A stretch of DNA of 64,000 nucleotides from an uncultured Actinomycetes bacterium (GTDB lineage Bacteria; Actinomycetota; Thermoleophilia; Gaiellales; Gaiellaceae): the NCBI GenBank assembly GCA_963802795.1, contig CAWDJV010000003.1:128938-192937 (forward strand). Reading direction: 5' to 3'. The notes beneath the pieces were generated by a model. That model saw only the letters and a list, made by a program, of their open reading frames with translations, was not told where the DNA came from and did not search any database. Positions 1 through 10,449 of this stretch are shown here, piece after piece. Positions within the stretch are counted from its first letter, which is position 1. Each line of letters opens with the position of its first letter. The position numbers were made by a program, and so were the translations under genes.

Positions 1-1327
1 CGACTTCGGCGAGCGTTCCTGCTACCGCGACGGACAGCGAGACGTGAACTCGGATATCGCGTTCTGGGGCAAGCTCGCCTTCCACGGCGAACTACGACGG
101 GTTCCGGATCATCGACATCTCGACCCGGACAATCCTAAGCAGGTCTCCCGGACGCGCTGCAACGGGGACCAGGGCGACATCGTCGTCTGGGGGAACATCC
201 TCGTCAGGGCCTGGAACGCACCGCACGGCCGAAGCGCGCAACTGCGATGGCAGCCTGGTGCCTGCGGGCTTCGAGGGCATGCACATCTTCGACATCAGCA
301 ACCTGGCGAACCCGCAGCTGGTCGGCGAGGTGGAGCTGAGCGCGAGGCCGCAGGCCGACTCGCCGGGCTGCGGGACGCACACCCTGACGCTAGTTCCCGA
401 CGGGGACCAGCGCGGCTGATCTACAACGCAACGTCCGGCGGGAATGCGCTGCTGCCCCCGGCCGACCAGGAATGCGACTGGATCGACATCGTCGAGGTGC
501 CGCTCGACGACCCGGGCGCCGCTAGCTTCCTGCGCCGCGAGCCGCTCGAAGGGGGACACGCCGCGCATGACAACGGCGTCATCCTCGGCGGCGTGAACCT
601 GCTCGGGACAGCCTCGGGCGCACATGTCGAACGTCTTCAGCATCGGGCCGCCCCAAGGCGGCACGCTGGAGGATCCGCGCTTCCTCTACACCGTCGAGGA
701 GCCCGGTGTCGACGGAGTGATCGGCAACTGGCACTCGGCCGCCTTCAGCTGGGACGGCGAGGTCCTGATCCTCGGCTGGGAGCCCGGCGGCGGCGCCTGC
801 CCGAATGTGAGGCGACCGATCCGCCGGTGAAGAAGAGCGCCTTCTTCTACGACGCGCACACGGGCGCCAAGCTCGGCCAGTGGACGCTGCCGCGGCCGCA
901 GAGCGCTACGGAGAACTGCACGATCCACAACTACAACACGGTGCCGCTCCGGAGCGGCAAGCGCGTGCTCGTCCCTGGGCAACTACCAGGCGGGAACGTG
1001 GGTCGTCGACTTCACCGACCCGGCGAACGCACGCACCGTGGCGTGGTCGGATCCGCCGCCGCTCGTCCCGCCCGCAGCTCGGCGGGGCCTGGTCCTCGTA
1101 CTGGTACAACAACTTCATCTACGAGTCGGAGATCACGAAGGGGCTGAACGTCTTCAGGCTCAGCGACCCGACTACGGCCGGAGCGATCCAGCTCGAGCCA
1201 TCTCAACCCGCAGACACAGGAGTTCTCGATCGACAGAGACGGCGAAGGCGACCTTGGGAGGGCGGCCGTCGAACGGCGGCCTCCACGTCTGCACGAGGGC
1301 GGCCCTGCGGGCAGCCCTCGTGCTTGA
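1..1327 (+). pseudogene. LVIVD-repeat/beta-propeller-like secreted protein, paralog A (5' end outside window, multiple frame changes)
   Basis: Protein-like blocks (DIAFWGKLAFHG; NYDGFRIIDIS; RCNGDQGDIVVWGNILVRAWNAP; CDWIDIVEVPLDDPGAASF; WHSAAFSWDGEVLILGWEPGG; ENCTIHNYNTVPLRSGKRVLV; WSSYWYNNFIYESEITKGLNVFRLSD; HLNPQTQEFSID) are collinear with paralog B but lie in all three + frames. Homology ends near 1240; the last frame stays open to 1327. Confidence 0.6.
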
Positions 1328-1458
1328 CGGCACCTAGCCCGAGCGGGAGAATGCTCGCGCAGCAGGCAGAGGGGAGCCGATGCGCAGTTCGCTCGGCCGA
1401 GCCGGTTTGCGGGAGCCGGCCCGCCTGCCTGCGTCTCGTCTTCACTCAGGAGGTGGCC

Positions 1459-2789
1459 ATGCATAATCCTTTACGCGTCGTGGTCTTTGCTGCCTTCGTC
1501 TGCGGCGTGCTCGCGTTCCCGCTCGCCGCGGGCGCCGGCCACACGACCGACCCGGGCGTCGAACCTGGCCCGCTCGGCCACATCGAAGAGCCGGCCGTGC
1601 TGGGGGGTTTCGGGGGCGCCAACCCGGACATCCAGACGGACATCACGTTCTGGGGCAAGTATGCCTATCAGGGCAACTGGGACGGCTTCAACATCCGCAA
1701 CATCAAGAGCCGAGGAACCCGAAGCAGGTTTCGCGAACGTTCTGCGACGGGAACCAGGGTGACGTCGCGGTCTGGAACAACATCCTCGTCCGCTCGTGGA
1801 ACACCCCGGCCGGGTCGCCCGGGGCGTTCGGCGCCGGCCTGACGTGTGACGGCCAGCCGGTTCCGCGGGGTTCGGAGGGGTTCCACGTCTTCGACGTCGG
1901 CGACAAGGCCAATCCCGTGCTCGTCGCCGAATCAGCTGGCGAGACCCAGCGGATTGGTGTGGCTCGCACACGGCGACGCGCGTGCCGGACACGCGAACAA
2001 CCGCGTGATCGACTAACTCGAACGAGCTCGGCGTGCGACTGCATCGACATCATCGAGATGCCGTTGGACAACCCGGCCAGCGCGGCGTTCGGGACCGAGC
2101 CGTCGAGCACCCGTGCCACGACATGGGCGTCATCCTCGGCGACGTCATGCAGGCCGCCTGCGCGGGCGGGACGGGTTCCGCGCATTCAGCCTCGGCGGCC
2201 CGATGGGAGGCTCGCTCGAGGATCCGATGCAATCCGCCACGTGGAGGTCCCCGACGTCACGGTCGGCCACTCGGCCGCGTGGTGGTGGGACGGCGAGATC
2301 ATCATCTTCGGTCACGAGCCCGGAGGCGGCGTCGCGGCCGAGTGCGAGGCGACGGACCCGCTCGAGAGGAGCTTCTTCTTCTACGACACGGGGTCCGGCG
2401 CCCTCCTCGGAACGTGGACGCTGCCGCGCTCCGCAGTCCTCGACCGAGAACTGCACGCTGCACAACTACAACGTCGTCCCGCTGCGTAACGGGCGGACGT
2501 GCTCGTGAGCGGCAACTACCAGGCGGGGACGTGGGTCGTGGACTTCACGAACCCGGCCGCGGCGCGAACGGTCGCCTGGAGCGACCCGCCGCCCAAGCCG
2601 GTCCCGCCCGGGACGATCTTCTGCTGTGACGTCACGGGTGCCTGGTCCTCGTACTGGTACAACGGCTTCATCTACGAGACGAACATCGGCGAGGGGCTGA
2701 ACGTCTTCCTCCTCAGCGGCAAGGTGAGGGCGAGCGCGATGCGCCTCGGCCACAGTAATCCGCAGACCCAGGAGTTCACGATCGACTAG
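1459..2789 (+). pseudogene. LVIVD-repeat/beta-propeller-like secreted protein, paralog B (multiple frame changes)
   Basis: AGGAGG RBS at 1448-1453 and ATG at 1459. Signal peptide VVVFAAFVCGVLAFPLAAGAG. Conserved blocks (DITFWGKYAYQGNWDGFNIRNI; CDCIDIIEMPLDNPASAAF; HSAAWWWDGEIIIFGHEPGGG; ENCTLHNYNVVPLRNGR; GNYQAGTWVVDFTNP...WSSYWYNGFIYETNIGEGLNVF...NPQTQEFTID stop) are spread over three frames. Confidence 0.65.
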
Positions 2790-2814
2790 CGACTCGAGGT
2801 CACGGCAGCTCGAC

Positions 2815-2840
2815 AGAGGGCGGTCTTCGGACCGCCCTCT
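2815..2840. terminator. Perfect GC-rich hairpin between convergent genes (putative bidirectional terminator)
   Basis: agagggcggtc-ttcg-gaccgccctct: 11-bp perfect stem with a 4-nt loop. It lies between the + gene ending at 2789 and the - gene ending at 2947. No obvious U-tract. Confidence 0.5.
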
Positions 2841-2946
2841 GCACTAACGTCTCGCGGGGGCTTCGCCGGGGCGGCGGGCTTGCGCGCTGTTCGCTACTCG
2901 GCGCGGGGCACTCACCGACGAGCGTCGCAGATGGTCGCGTGCCAGC

Positions 2947-3645
2947 TCAGCGCGCCGCGACCAGCCGGTAGCCCACGCCCCAGACGTTGAGGACGTAGGC
3001 GGACTCGCCCGGGCGGTTGAGCTTCCGCCGGAGCCGGCTCGCGTGGGAATCCAAGGTGCGCGTCCGGCCGCGCGAGCGGAAGCCCCAGACGTCGCGCAGG
3101 AGGTCGTCCTTGCGGAAGACGCGCTCGGGATCCTCGGCGAGCGCGACCAGGAGGTCGAACTCCTTCGCGGAGAGCTCCACCCGGTCGCCGCCCACCCGCA
3201 CGACGCGCGAGGCAAGGTCGATGTCGAGCTCGCGAACGGCCAGGTGGCGGTGCTGTGGACGGGCCGCCCGGCGGAGGACGGCCCGCATGCGGGCGACGAG
3301 CTCCTCGTAGACGAACGGCTTGATGACGTAGTCGTCCGCGCCGCGCGCGAAGCCGCGGACGCGATCGACGGGGTCGGCGCGCTCGGTGACCATGATCACG
3401 GGAACGTCGCGGTTCCAGGCCCGCCCGGGCTCCCCCGCCCGCAGTCGGCTGCAGAGCTCGAAGCCGGACGAGTCGGGAAGAACGGCGTCCAGGAGGACGA
3501 GGTCGGGGCATTCGGACTCGACCAGCTCGAGCGCCGCGGCGGCGTGCTCGGCCGCGAAGACCTCGAAACCGTCGTCGGCCAGCTGCCTGGAGAGGAACGC
3601 TCTCGTGGGCTCCTCGCACTCGACCACCAGCACGGCCTCCCCCAT
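2947..3645 (-). CDS. OmpR-family response regulator (no adjacent kinase)
   Basis: 232-aa intact ORF. Receiver motifs (LVLLDAVLPDSSG, DDYVIKPF) plus a winged-helix C-terminus (LSAKEFDLLVALAE...VWGVGYRLV). Confidence 0.9.
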   Translation of the reverse strand: MGEAVLVVECEEPTRAFLSRQLADDGFEVFAAEHAAAALELVESECPDLVLLDAVLPDSSGFELCSRLRAGEPGRAWNRDVPVIMVTERADPVDRVRGFARGADDYVIKPFVYEELVARMRAVLRRAARPQHRHLAVRELDIDLASRVVRVGGDRVELSAKEFDLLVALAEDPERVFRKDDLLRDVWGFRSRGRTRTLDSHASRLRRKLNRPGESAYVLNVWGVGYRLVAAR

Positions 3646-3945
3646 GCCGGCGAAGCTACCAACGGGCCGTCGCCGTCGGTAGATGTCCTTTCCCGTGAAA
3701 GCGTGACGAGCGCTCCCTACCCGTCCGCGCCGGCCAGGGTCAGAGCCCGCGCAGCAGCCGTTCGTAGCGTCGGCGCGCCTGCGTGTAGTCGATCGCGCCC
3801 CGCCGCCACGCGCGGAGGATCTTGCGGCGGCGCCATCGGAGCAGAATCGTCACGCGCCTCTCTTCGGCGGCTCGGCCGCAGGATCCTTCCTGCTCCCCGC
3901 CAGCGCGGGGTCAGGTCCGCCTTCGCCGGCTGGAGACGACCCGGC

Positions 3946-5616
3946 CTAGAGCCGGCCGGAGCGCAGGACGCCCCACACCAGCCAGATGCTCAGGATGGTC
4001 GAGAGGAAGAGGCCGATCGCGGCGAGCAGGGGAATCCCCAGCAGCATCGGGCCACGATCGACCGTCGCGGCGAGGATGCCTGACGTCGCCGCACCGCCGA
4101 CGGCGACCATGGCGATGCCGATGCGGTTGAACGCAGTGTCCATGCGATGGATGAGGCTTTCGAGGCCCTCGTGCCTGAAACCGACCTCGATCTGCCCGTC
4201 CCGCACCTCCTGGAGGACGTCGTGCACCTGGTAGGGCAGCTCGAGCATCATGCCGGCGTAGTTGCGGACCTCGCTCTGCATCCGGAAGGCGACCCGTTGG
4301 GGCGTGAAGCGCTCGATCATCAGCTCGCGCGCGTACGGCTTCGCGACCTCGAAGACGTTGAACTCCGGGTAGAGCTCGGCGCCCACCGACCCGAGCGTGG
4401 CGATCGCGCGGTCGAGGACGACGAACCGCGTCGGGAGCGTCAGGTGCATGCGGTAGATGAGCGTGAAGGCCTCGCGGATCACCTGGACCGGGTCGATCTC
4501 CGCGAGGCTGGCGCCGTAGTAGCGTTCGAAGATCGCCCGTAGCTCGGCGACGAAGTCATCCTCCCGGTCCTTCGGGTAGCGAACGCCGAGCGCGGCGAGA
4601 CGGCGCGGAATCGCCTCGACGTTCTGGTTCACGACGTCGATGAAGAGCCCGGTCAGCTTGGACGAGTCGTCCGGAGCGAGCTGGCCGGCGGTCCCGAAGT
4701 CGACGAGGCCGATCTGGTCGCTCTGGGGCAGGACGAGGATGTTCGCCGGGTGCGGGTCGCCGTGGAAGAACCCGTGCCGGAAGATCATCGCCATCCAGGC
4801 CTCCGCGATCCGGTACGCGAGCCGCCGCCGCTCCTCCATCGTGTAGGAGCCGAGGACGAGGTCTCCGACCTGGATACCTTCGAGGCGCTCCAGCGTTAGC
4901 ACGCGGGCCCGCGAGTAGGTCCAGAAGACGCGCGGGACGCGAACGTGCGGCTCGCCGGCGAAGTTCTTGTGGAACTGCTCCGCGTTCCGCGCCTCGATTC
5001 TGTAGTCGAGCTCCTGCCTGATCGAGCGCGCGAACTCGTCGACGACGGCGACGGTGTCGATGAACTCGAGGGCGCGCACGCGCTCGCGCGCGAGGCGGGC
5101 GAGCTGGTACATGAGCTCGAGGTCGGCCTCGATCTGCCGGGGGGCGTTCGGCCGCTGGACCTTGACGACCACCTGGCGGCCGTTGGGGAGCACCGCCGCG
5201 TGCACCTGACCGATCGACGCCGCGGCGATGGGCGTCTCGTCGAACTCGAGGAAGAGCTGCTCGACCGTCAGCTCCAGCTCCTCCTTGATGACCTCCCGCG
5301 CCTGCTCGGAGGGGAAGGGGCTGACCGAGTCCTGAAGCGCCTTCAGCTCGAAGACGACGTCGGGCGGGACGATGTCCGGCCGGGTCGAGAGCAGCTGCCC
5401 GAACTTGACGAAGGTCGGCCCGAGCTCGTCGAGCATCTCGCGGAGACGCTGGCCGCGCGGCGAGCCCTCCTCCGGAGCCTCGACCTCACGCCCCAGCCGG
5501 GAGCGGACGGCGCCCCGGCCGCGCGTCTCGAACAGGTAGCCGAACCCGTGCTTGGCAGCGACCTGGGCGATCTCGGAGATCCGCCCGAGCTGCCTCACCG
5601 CGGGCCTGGCGCTCAT
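3946..5616 (-). CDS. ABC1/UbiB-family atypical kinase with C-terminal TM helices
   Basis: 556-aa intact ORF. Motifs: ASIGQVHAA, VVVKVQRP, HGFFHGDPHPANILV, LVDFG. Hydrophobic C-terminal ~60 aa. Confidence 0.9.
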   Translation of the reverse strand: MSARPAVRQLGRISEIAQVAAKHGFGYLFETRGRGAVRSRLGREVEAPEEGSPRGQRLREMLDELGPTFVKFGQLLSTRPDIVPPDVVFELKALQDSVSPFPSEQAREVIKEELELTVEQLFLEFDETPIAAASIGQVHAAVLPNGRQVVVKVQRPNAPRQIEADLELMYQLARLARERVRALEFIDTVAVVDEFARSIRQELDYRIEARNAEQFHKNFAGEPHVRVPRVFWTYSRARVLTLERLEGIQVGDLVLGSYTMEERRRLAYRIAEAWMAMIFRHGFFHGDPHPANILVLPQSDQIGLVDFGTAGQLAPDDSSKLTGLFIDVVNQNVEAIPRRLAALGVRYPKDREDDFVAELRAIFERYYGASLAEIDPVQVIREAFTLIYRMHLTLPTRFVVLDRAIATLGSVGAELYPEFNVFEVAKPYARELMIERFTPQRVAFRMQSEVRNYAGMMLELPYQVHDVLQEVRDGQIEVGFRHEGLESLIHRMDTAFNRIGIAMVAVGGAATSGILAATVDRGPMLLGIPLLAAIGLFLSTILSIWLVWGVLRSGRL

Positions 5617-5617
5617 T

Positions 5618-5959
5618 TCATTCCTTCTCGATCAGCCTCAGGCGGTGCTCGAGCTGGGCCAGACGGAGCTCGAGCTCCTCGTATTCGCGGCGTGTGACGA
5701 GGCCGACCTCCCGGAAGACGCCCGACAGCGTCGAGCCCGCGCGCTCGCCGACGCGCCCGGCCTCACCTCGCCACCGGCCGACGATCTCGTCCACGACCTC
5801 GTGCGCCTCCTCGCGGCTTACCTTGCCGCGGCTGACCAGCTCGTCGACGAGCTCCTCCGTCCGCTCCTTCGTCAGCGCGACGACGCCGACGCCCGCGAGG
5901 AAGAGATCCTCCGCGGTCGCCCGCAGCGAGCGGTCGGAGTCGCTATCTGGCTCTGCCAT
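5618..5959 (-). CDS. Phasin-like small coiled-coil protein (COG3937-like)
   Basis: The ORF frame runs to 6046 but the Arg-rich leader looks off-frame, so the likely start is MAEPDSDS at 5959. The core (LFLAGVGVVALTKERTEELVDELVSRGKVSREEA...LELRLAQLEHRL) resembles phasin-family regulators. Confidence 0.5.
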   Translation of the reverse strand: MAEPDSDSDRSLRATAEDLFLAGVGVVALTKERTEELVDELVSRGKVSREEAHEVVDEIVGRWRGEAGRVGERAGSTLSGVFREVGLVTRREYEELELRLAQLEHRLRLIEKE

Positions 5960-8706
5960 GCGGTCTCGCACGCCTCCGCTTCTGGCGAGCCTCGCGCCGT
6001 GCCGCCGCGGTCGCCGCACCGGCGGCGGGAGCGGCTTGCGACGCAACCGGCTCCTCGGCGGCGGCCGGCTCCTCGGCCGGGGCCTCCTCCTCGTCCTCCG
6101 CAGGGCGGCCGTCCGCCTGGTCGCCGACCGTGTCGAGCTTCTCCTGGAGCCCGGCGTCCTTCCGGCGCGCGTACTCCGGCTCGCGCTCCTTGAGGACGGC
6201 CAGGAACGGCGTCGCGATGAAGACCGTCGAGAAGGCGCCGGAGCCGATGCCGATCAGGAGCGCGAGCGCGAACGACTGCAGCGTCTCCCCCCCGAACAGG
6301 ATCAGGGAGGTGATGGGCAGGAGGGTGATGAAGCTCGTAGCGAGCGAGCGCCGGATCGTCTCCCAGAGCGACTGGTTGGCGATCGCGGCGAAGCTCGACT
6401 TGCGCATGAGCGGGATGTTCTCGCGCACGCGGTCGAAGATGATGATCGTGTCGTACATCGAGTAGCCGAGGATGGTGAGGATGGCGGCCACGGTCGCGGC
6501 CGTCACCTCCCAGCCGACGAGCGCGTACACGCCCATCGCGACCGTCACGTCGTAGAAGAGCGCCCTGAAGATCGGGAGCGCGAAGACGAACTCGAAGCGG
6601 ATCGTCACGTAGATGACGATCAGGAGCAGCGAGACGACGATCGCGAGGATCGCTCCGCGGAGGATCTGCTCGCTGAAGCTTCCGGAGACGCTGCGAACGC
6701 CGATCGCCTCCGCGTCGAGGTCCCTCTGGAGGGCGGCGGTGAGCTCCGTCTGCTCCGCCCCGGTGAGCGTCTCCGTCTTGATCTGGAACTGCTCGTACCC
6801 TCCGTCGGTCTCGGGGCCGCGGCCCTGGATGACCGCGTCCGCGAGGCCGACGTCGGCAGCTTCCTGGCGCACCGCGTCGACGCTGACCGGCTCGGGCGTC
6901 TCGAAGGAGACCTGCGTCCCGCCCTCGAAGTCGATCCCGAGGTTCAGGCCCTTGATGGCGATGGCCGCCACCGAGATGACAAGCAGAGCCGTCGCGATCG
7001 AGAACCAGATCCGCCGCTTGCCGACGAAGTCGATCTTCTGCCAGTCGGGGATCTTCTGCGCGCTCGCGCCCATGAATTTCGGGTTGTCGAACCAGCGGAA
7101 GCGGCCGAGGACGCCGAGGAGCGCGCGCGTGGCGAGCACCGCCGTCAGCATCGAGATCAGCGTCCCCAGCAGGAGCATCAGCGCGAACCCGCGCACGCCG
7201 CCGGTGGCCACCGCGAAGAGGACGAAGGCGGTGATCATCGTGACGACGTTCGCGTCGACGATGGTGGCGAAGCCCTTGCGGTAGCCCGTGGCGATCGCGG
7301 CCCGCACCGATTTCCCCGCGCGCACCTCCTCCTTGATGCGCTCGAAGATGACGATGTTCGCGTCGGCCGCGACGCCGATGGTGAGGATGATGCCGGCGAT
7401 CCCCGGCAGGGTCATCGTCACGTTGAAGAGGAGGATGGCGCCGTAGAGGAAGACCCCGTAGACGGCGAGCCCGATGATGGCGACGACGCCGAGGAAGCGG
7501 TAGGCGACGAGCAGGAAGAACGCGACCGCGAGGAGGCCGCCGATGCCGGCCACGAGCGCCTCGTTGAGCGAGTCCTGGCCGAGCGTCGCGGAGATCTGCG
7601 TCCGTTCGACCTGGACGAACTCGACCGGGAGCGCGCCGGTCTGGAGGACGAGCGCGAGGTCTTTCGCCTCGTCGACGGTGAAGTCGCCCGTGATCTGGGC
7701 GTTGCCGCCCGCGATCCCGTCCGCGAGCTGCGGGTCGGTGAAGTCGATGATCGGGAAGGAGCGGATCTCGTTGTCGAGGACGATCGCGAAGCTCTGCGCG
7801 AAGGCACGCGCGTCGTCGCCGCGGCCGCTGATCCCGTTCTGGGCTGCCAGCAGGGCGCCGCGCTGGGAGAGCGTCCGCGTGATGTCGTGGAACTTGTCGC
7901 CGCCGTCGTCGGTGAAGTCGAGGAGGACGTTCGGCCTGCCGTTCTGGTCGAAGTCCTGCCGCGTCCCGCCCGCGTCGAGGTCTTCGCCGGTCACCTCCGG
8001 GACCGGATTCTCCTCGGCGTTGGGCTCGTACTTGTAGAGGTAGTAGTTCGTGACCGCCGGGTTGCCGCCGCCGGGGCACTGGTCTGCGGTCGGCGGGCCG
8101 CAGGTGAGCACCGTCTTGTCGCTCGGGACGACGTAGTACTCGGCTCCCTCGGGCACCTCGCCCTCGAGCTCCCGGGTGAGCTCTTCCTTCGTCGGCGCGG
8201 GGCCTGCGAGCCGGGACTTCGTATTCGGAGTACAGGTACCACTCCCGCGCGTCGACGCCCTCGGGGAGGTCGTCCTCGGCGGTGAGGAGCGGCAGGAGCG
8301 TCGGGCTGGGGAGCGGCTGGCCCGTCGGGTCGTCCGGGTTCTGCGAGAGCGGGTCGACGTCGCCCTGCAGGTCGTAGAACTCGAGCTGGGCGGTCTGGCC
8401 GATGATGTCGGCCGCGCGCTCCTGGTCGAAGACTCCCGCGAGGTCGACGACGATCTGGTTCGAGCCCTGCTTGCGGATCTCGGGCTCCGAGACGCCGATC
8501 TTGTCGACGCGGTCGCGGATGATCTCCACGGAGCGGTCGAGATCCTCCTCGGTGAGCTCCTGACCTGCCTCCGGGCGCGCCTCGAGGACGACCTCGAGCC
8601 CGCCCTGCAGGTCGAGCCCCAGGGTCACGTCGCGGAAGTAGCCGAGCGTGGCGACGCCCGCGATCCCGCCGAAGAGGACGAGCAGGATGAGGAGGTAACG
8701 ACGCAC
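5943..8706 (-). CDS. secDF: Fused SecD-SecF protein-export membrane protein, one frame break near 8215-8230
   Basis: The N-terminal 160 aa (MRRYLLILLVLFGGIAG...DLQGGLEVVLEA...EPEIRKQGSNQIVVDLAG) are in the 8706 frame. The rest (SecD TM bundle, then the SecF part IDFEGGTQVSF...IIIFDRVREN) is in the 8156 frame. The third frame bridges them with KSRLAGPAPTKEELTRELEGEVPEGAEYY. Confidence 0.85.
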
Positions 8707-8721
8707 TGGCTCGATCGGCGC

Positions 8722-9090
8722 CTAGCGGCGGGCCTGCTCCTCCGCCACCGGCTCGACGTCGTCCATCGACGCCGGCTCGGGCGCATCCATCGGCTCGGGC
8801 GCGTCCTCGGGCTCGCCGGCCATCGCGGCGGACTCCTCCGCGGTCACCTTGCTGGCGATTGCGCGCCGGGAGACCGCAATCCGGACGTCGGCGTCGATCT
8901 CGAGCTGGACGCGCTCGTCGTCGAAGTCCGTGACCTCTCCGTAGATTCCTCCCATCGTGATTACCTCGTCACCGACGGCGAGGTTCTGGAGCATCTCCTG
9001 GTGACGCTTGGCCTGCTGCCGCTGCGGACGGATCAGCAGCAGGTAGAGGAAGACGAGCATCACGAGGAAGAGGATGAAGATCGGGTCCAC
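8722..9090 (-). CDS. yajC: Preprotein translocase subunit YajC
   Basis: 122-aa ORF: single N-terminal TM helix, then QQAKRHQEMLQNLAVGDEVITMGGIYGEV. It sits between tgt and secDF, as in the conserved cluster. Confidence 0.9.
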   Translation of the reverse strand: MDPIFILFLVMLVFLYLLLIRPQRQQAKRHQEMLQNLAVGDEVITMGGIYGEVTDFDDERVQLEIDADVRIAVSRRAIASKVTAEESAAMAGEPEDAPEPMDAPEPASMDDVEPVAEEQARR

Positions 9091-9206
9091 GCGTTGAGCC
9101 TCCTAGCCGGATGTCTCGGCCGCCTCGGGACGCGTGCGCTGGGCGTCCGCGAGGAAGTGGGAATCGCACATTGTGCCGGACAAAAGTATCAGGCCAGGAG
9201 CCGCGG

Positions 9207-10334
9207 TCAGGCCGGAAAGAGTCCCCCGGACGAGGGATCTGCGAGCCGTGCGAGCGCCTCGGCCTTGAAGGAGGCGAGCTCACCGCGCTCGATCGCCGCA
9301 CGGGCGCCGGCCGCCAGGTCGAGAAGAAAGCGGACGTTGTGCTCGGAGAGGAGCACGAGGCCGAGGAGCTCCTGCTGGTTGACGAGGTGGCGGAGGTACG
9401 CCCGCGAGAACCTCGTGCACGCCCGGCAGGGACACCCCTCCATGAGCGGAGCGGGGTCGCGCGCGAATCTGGCGTTCCGGAGGTTGAGGCGGCCCTCCCA
9501 CGTGAGCGCCGAGCCCGTGCGGCCGAGGCGGGTGGGGAGCACACAGTCGAACATGTCGACCCCGCGCTCGACCACCTCGAGGATCCCAGCGGGGTCGCCG
9601 ATCCCCATGAAGTACCGCGGCTTCTCGGCAGGAAGCAACGGCGTGGCCCACGCGACCGTGTCGAGCATGAGCTCGCGGTCCTCGCCCACGCTCAGCCCGC
9701 CGAGCGCATGGCCGTCGAAGCCGAGTGCCGCGATCTCGGACATGGAGCGCCGCCGCAGCTCGGGGTCGGTGCCGCCCTGCGCAATGCCGAAGACGAGCTG
9801 GCCGTCGGCGCGGGGAGCCGCGAGCTGCCGCTCCGCCCAGCGCGTCGTGCGGAGGGCAGCCACCTCGAGCTCGGAGCGATCGGCGTCCGCCGGAAGGCAG
9901 ATGTCGAGGCACATGGCAATGTCCGACGCCAGCCCTCGCTGGATTTCCGCCGCGAGCTCCGGGGTGAAGCGCGCCGCTTCGCCGTCGTAGACGGAGCGGA
10001 AGGTGACGCCCTCGTCGTCCGCACGGAGAATCGTGTCGCGGAGCGAAAAGACCTGGAAGCCGCCGGAGTCGGTCAGGATCGGCCCGTCCCAGCCCATGAA
10101 CCGATGAAGGCCTCCGAGGTCGGCGACGACCTCGGAGCCGGGCCGGAAGTGCAGGTGGTAAGTGTTCCCGAGGAGGATCGTCGTCCCGAGCTCGCGCAGC
10201 CGCTCCGGATCGAGGCCTTTGACGGTGCCCTTCGTCCCGACCGGCATGAAGGCGGGCGTCGGGACGTCACCGTGCGCCGTCCGCAGCACCCCCGCGCGCG
10301 CCGCCCCGTCCGCGGCGGTGACCGCGAAGCTCAC
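9207..10334 (-). CDS. tgt: Queuine tRNA-ribosyltransferase
   Basis: TGT core (TPAFMPVGTKGTVKG, LGNTYHL, TDSGGFQV, GLSVGE, CxCxxC...H zinc site CPCRACTRFSRAYLRHL). The ORF is open to 10469, but the conserved N-terminus begins at GTG 10334 (VSFAVTAADG). Confidence 0.9.
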   Translation of the reverse strand: MSFAVTAADGAARAGVLRTAHGDVPTPAFMPVGTKGTVKGLDPERLRELGTTILLGNTYHLHFRPGSEVVADLGGLHRFMGWDGPILTDSGGFQVFSLRDTILRADDEGVTFRSVYDGEAARFTPELAAEIQRGLASDIAMCLDICLPADADRSELEVAALRTTRWAERQLAAPRADGQLVFGIAQGGTDPELRRRSMSEIAALGFDGHALGGLSVGEDRELMLDTVAWATPLLPAEKPRYFMGIGDPAGILEVVERGVDMFDCVLPTRLGRTGSALTWEGRLNLRNARFARDPAPLMEGCPCRACTRFSRAYLRHLVNQQELLGLVLLSEHNVRFLLDLAAGARAAIERGELASFKAEALARLADPSSGGLFPA

Positions 10335-10449
10335 GTTGCACTCCTGCGCTCGAGTCCGCACGGTCCGCGCGCCACTCGCGCGTTCTTCGGCGCTAGCGTT
10401 GAAAGCGGGTGGTGGGCCGGGGTGCCCCACAGGCAGACGCGGAAGCTCG

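Noticed and set aside
5694-8285. 863-aa + strand ORF
   Set aside because: Antisense to secDF, which has clear family motifs. The translation is Arg/Asp/Glu/Gly-rich low complexity, typical of off-strand reading in GC-rich DNA.
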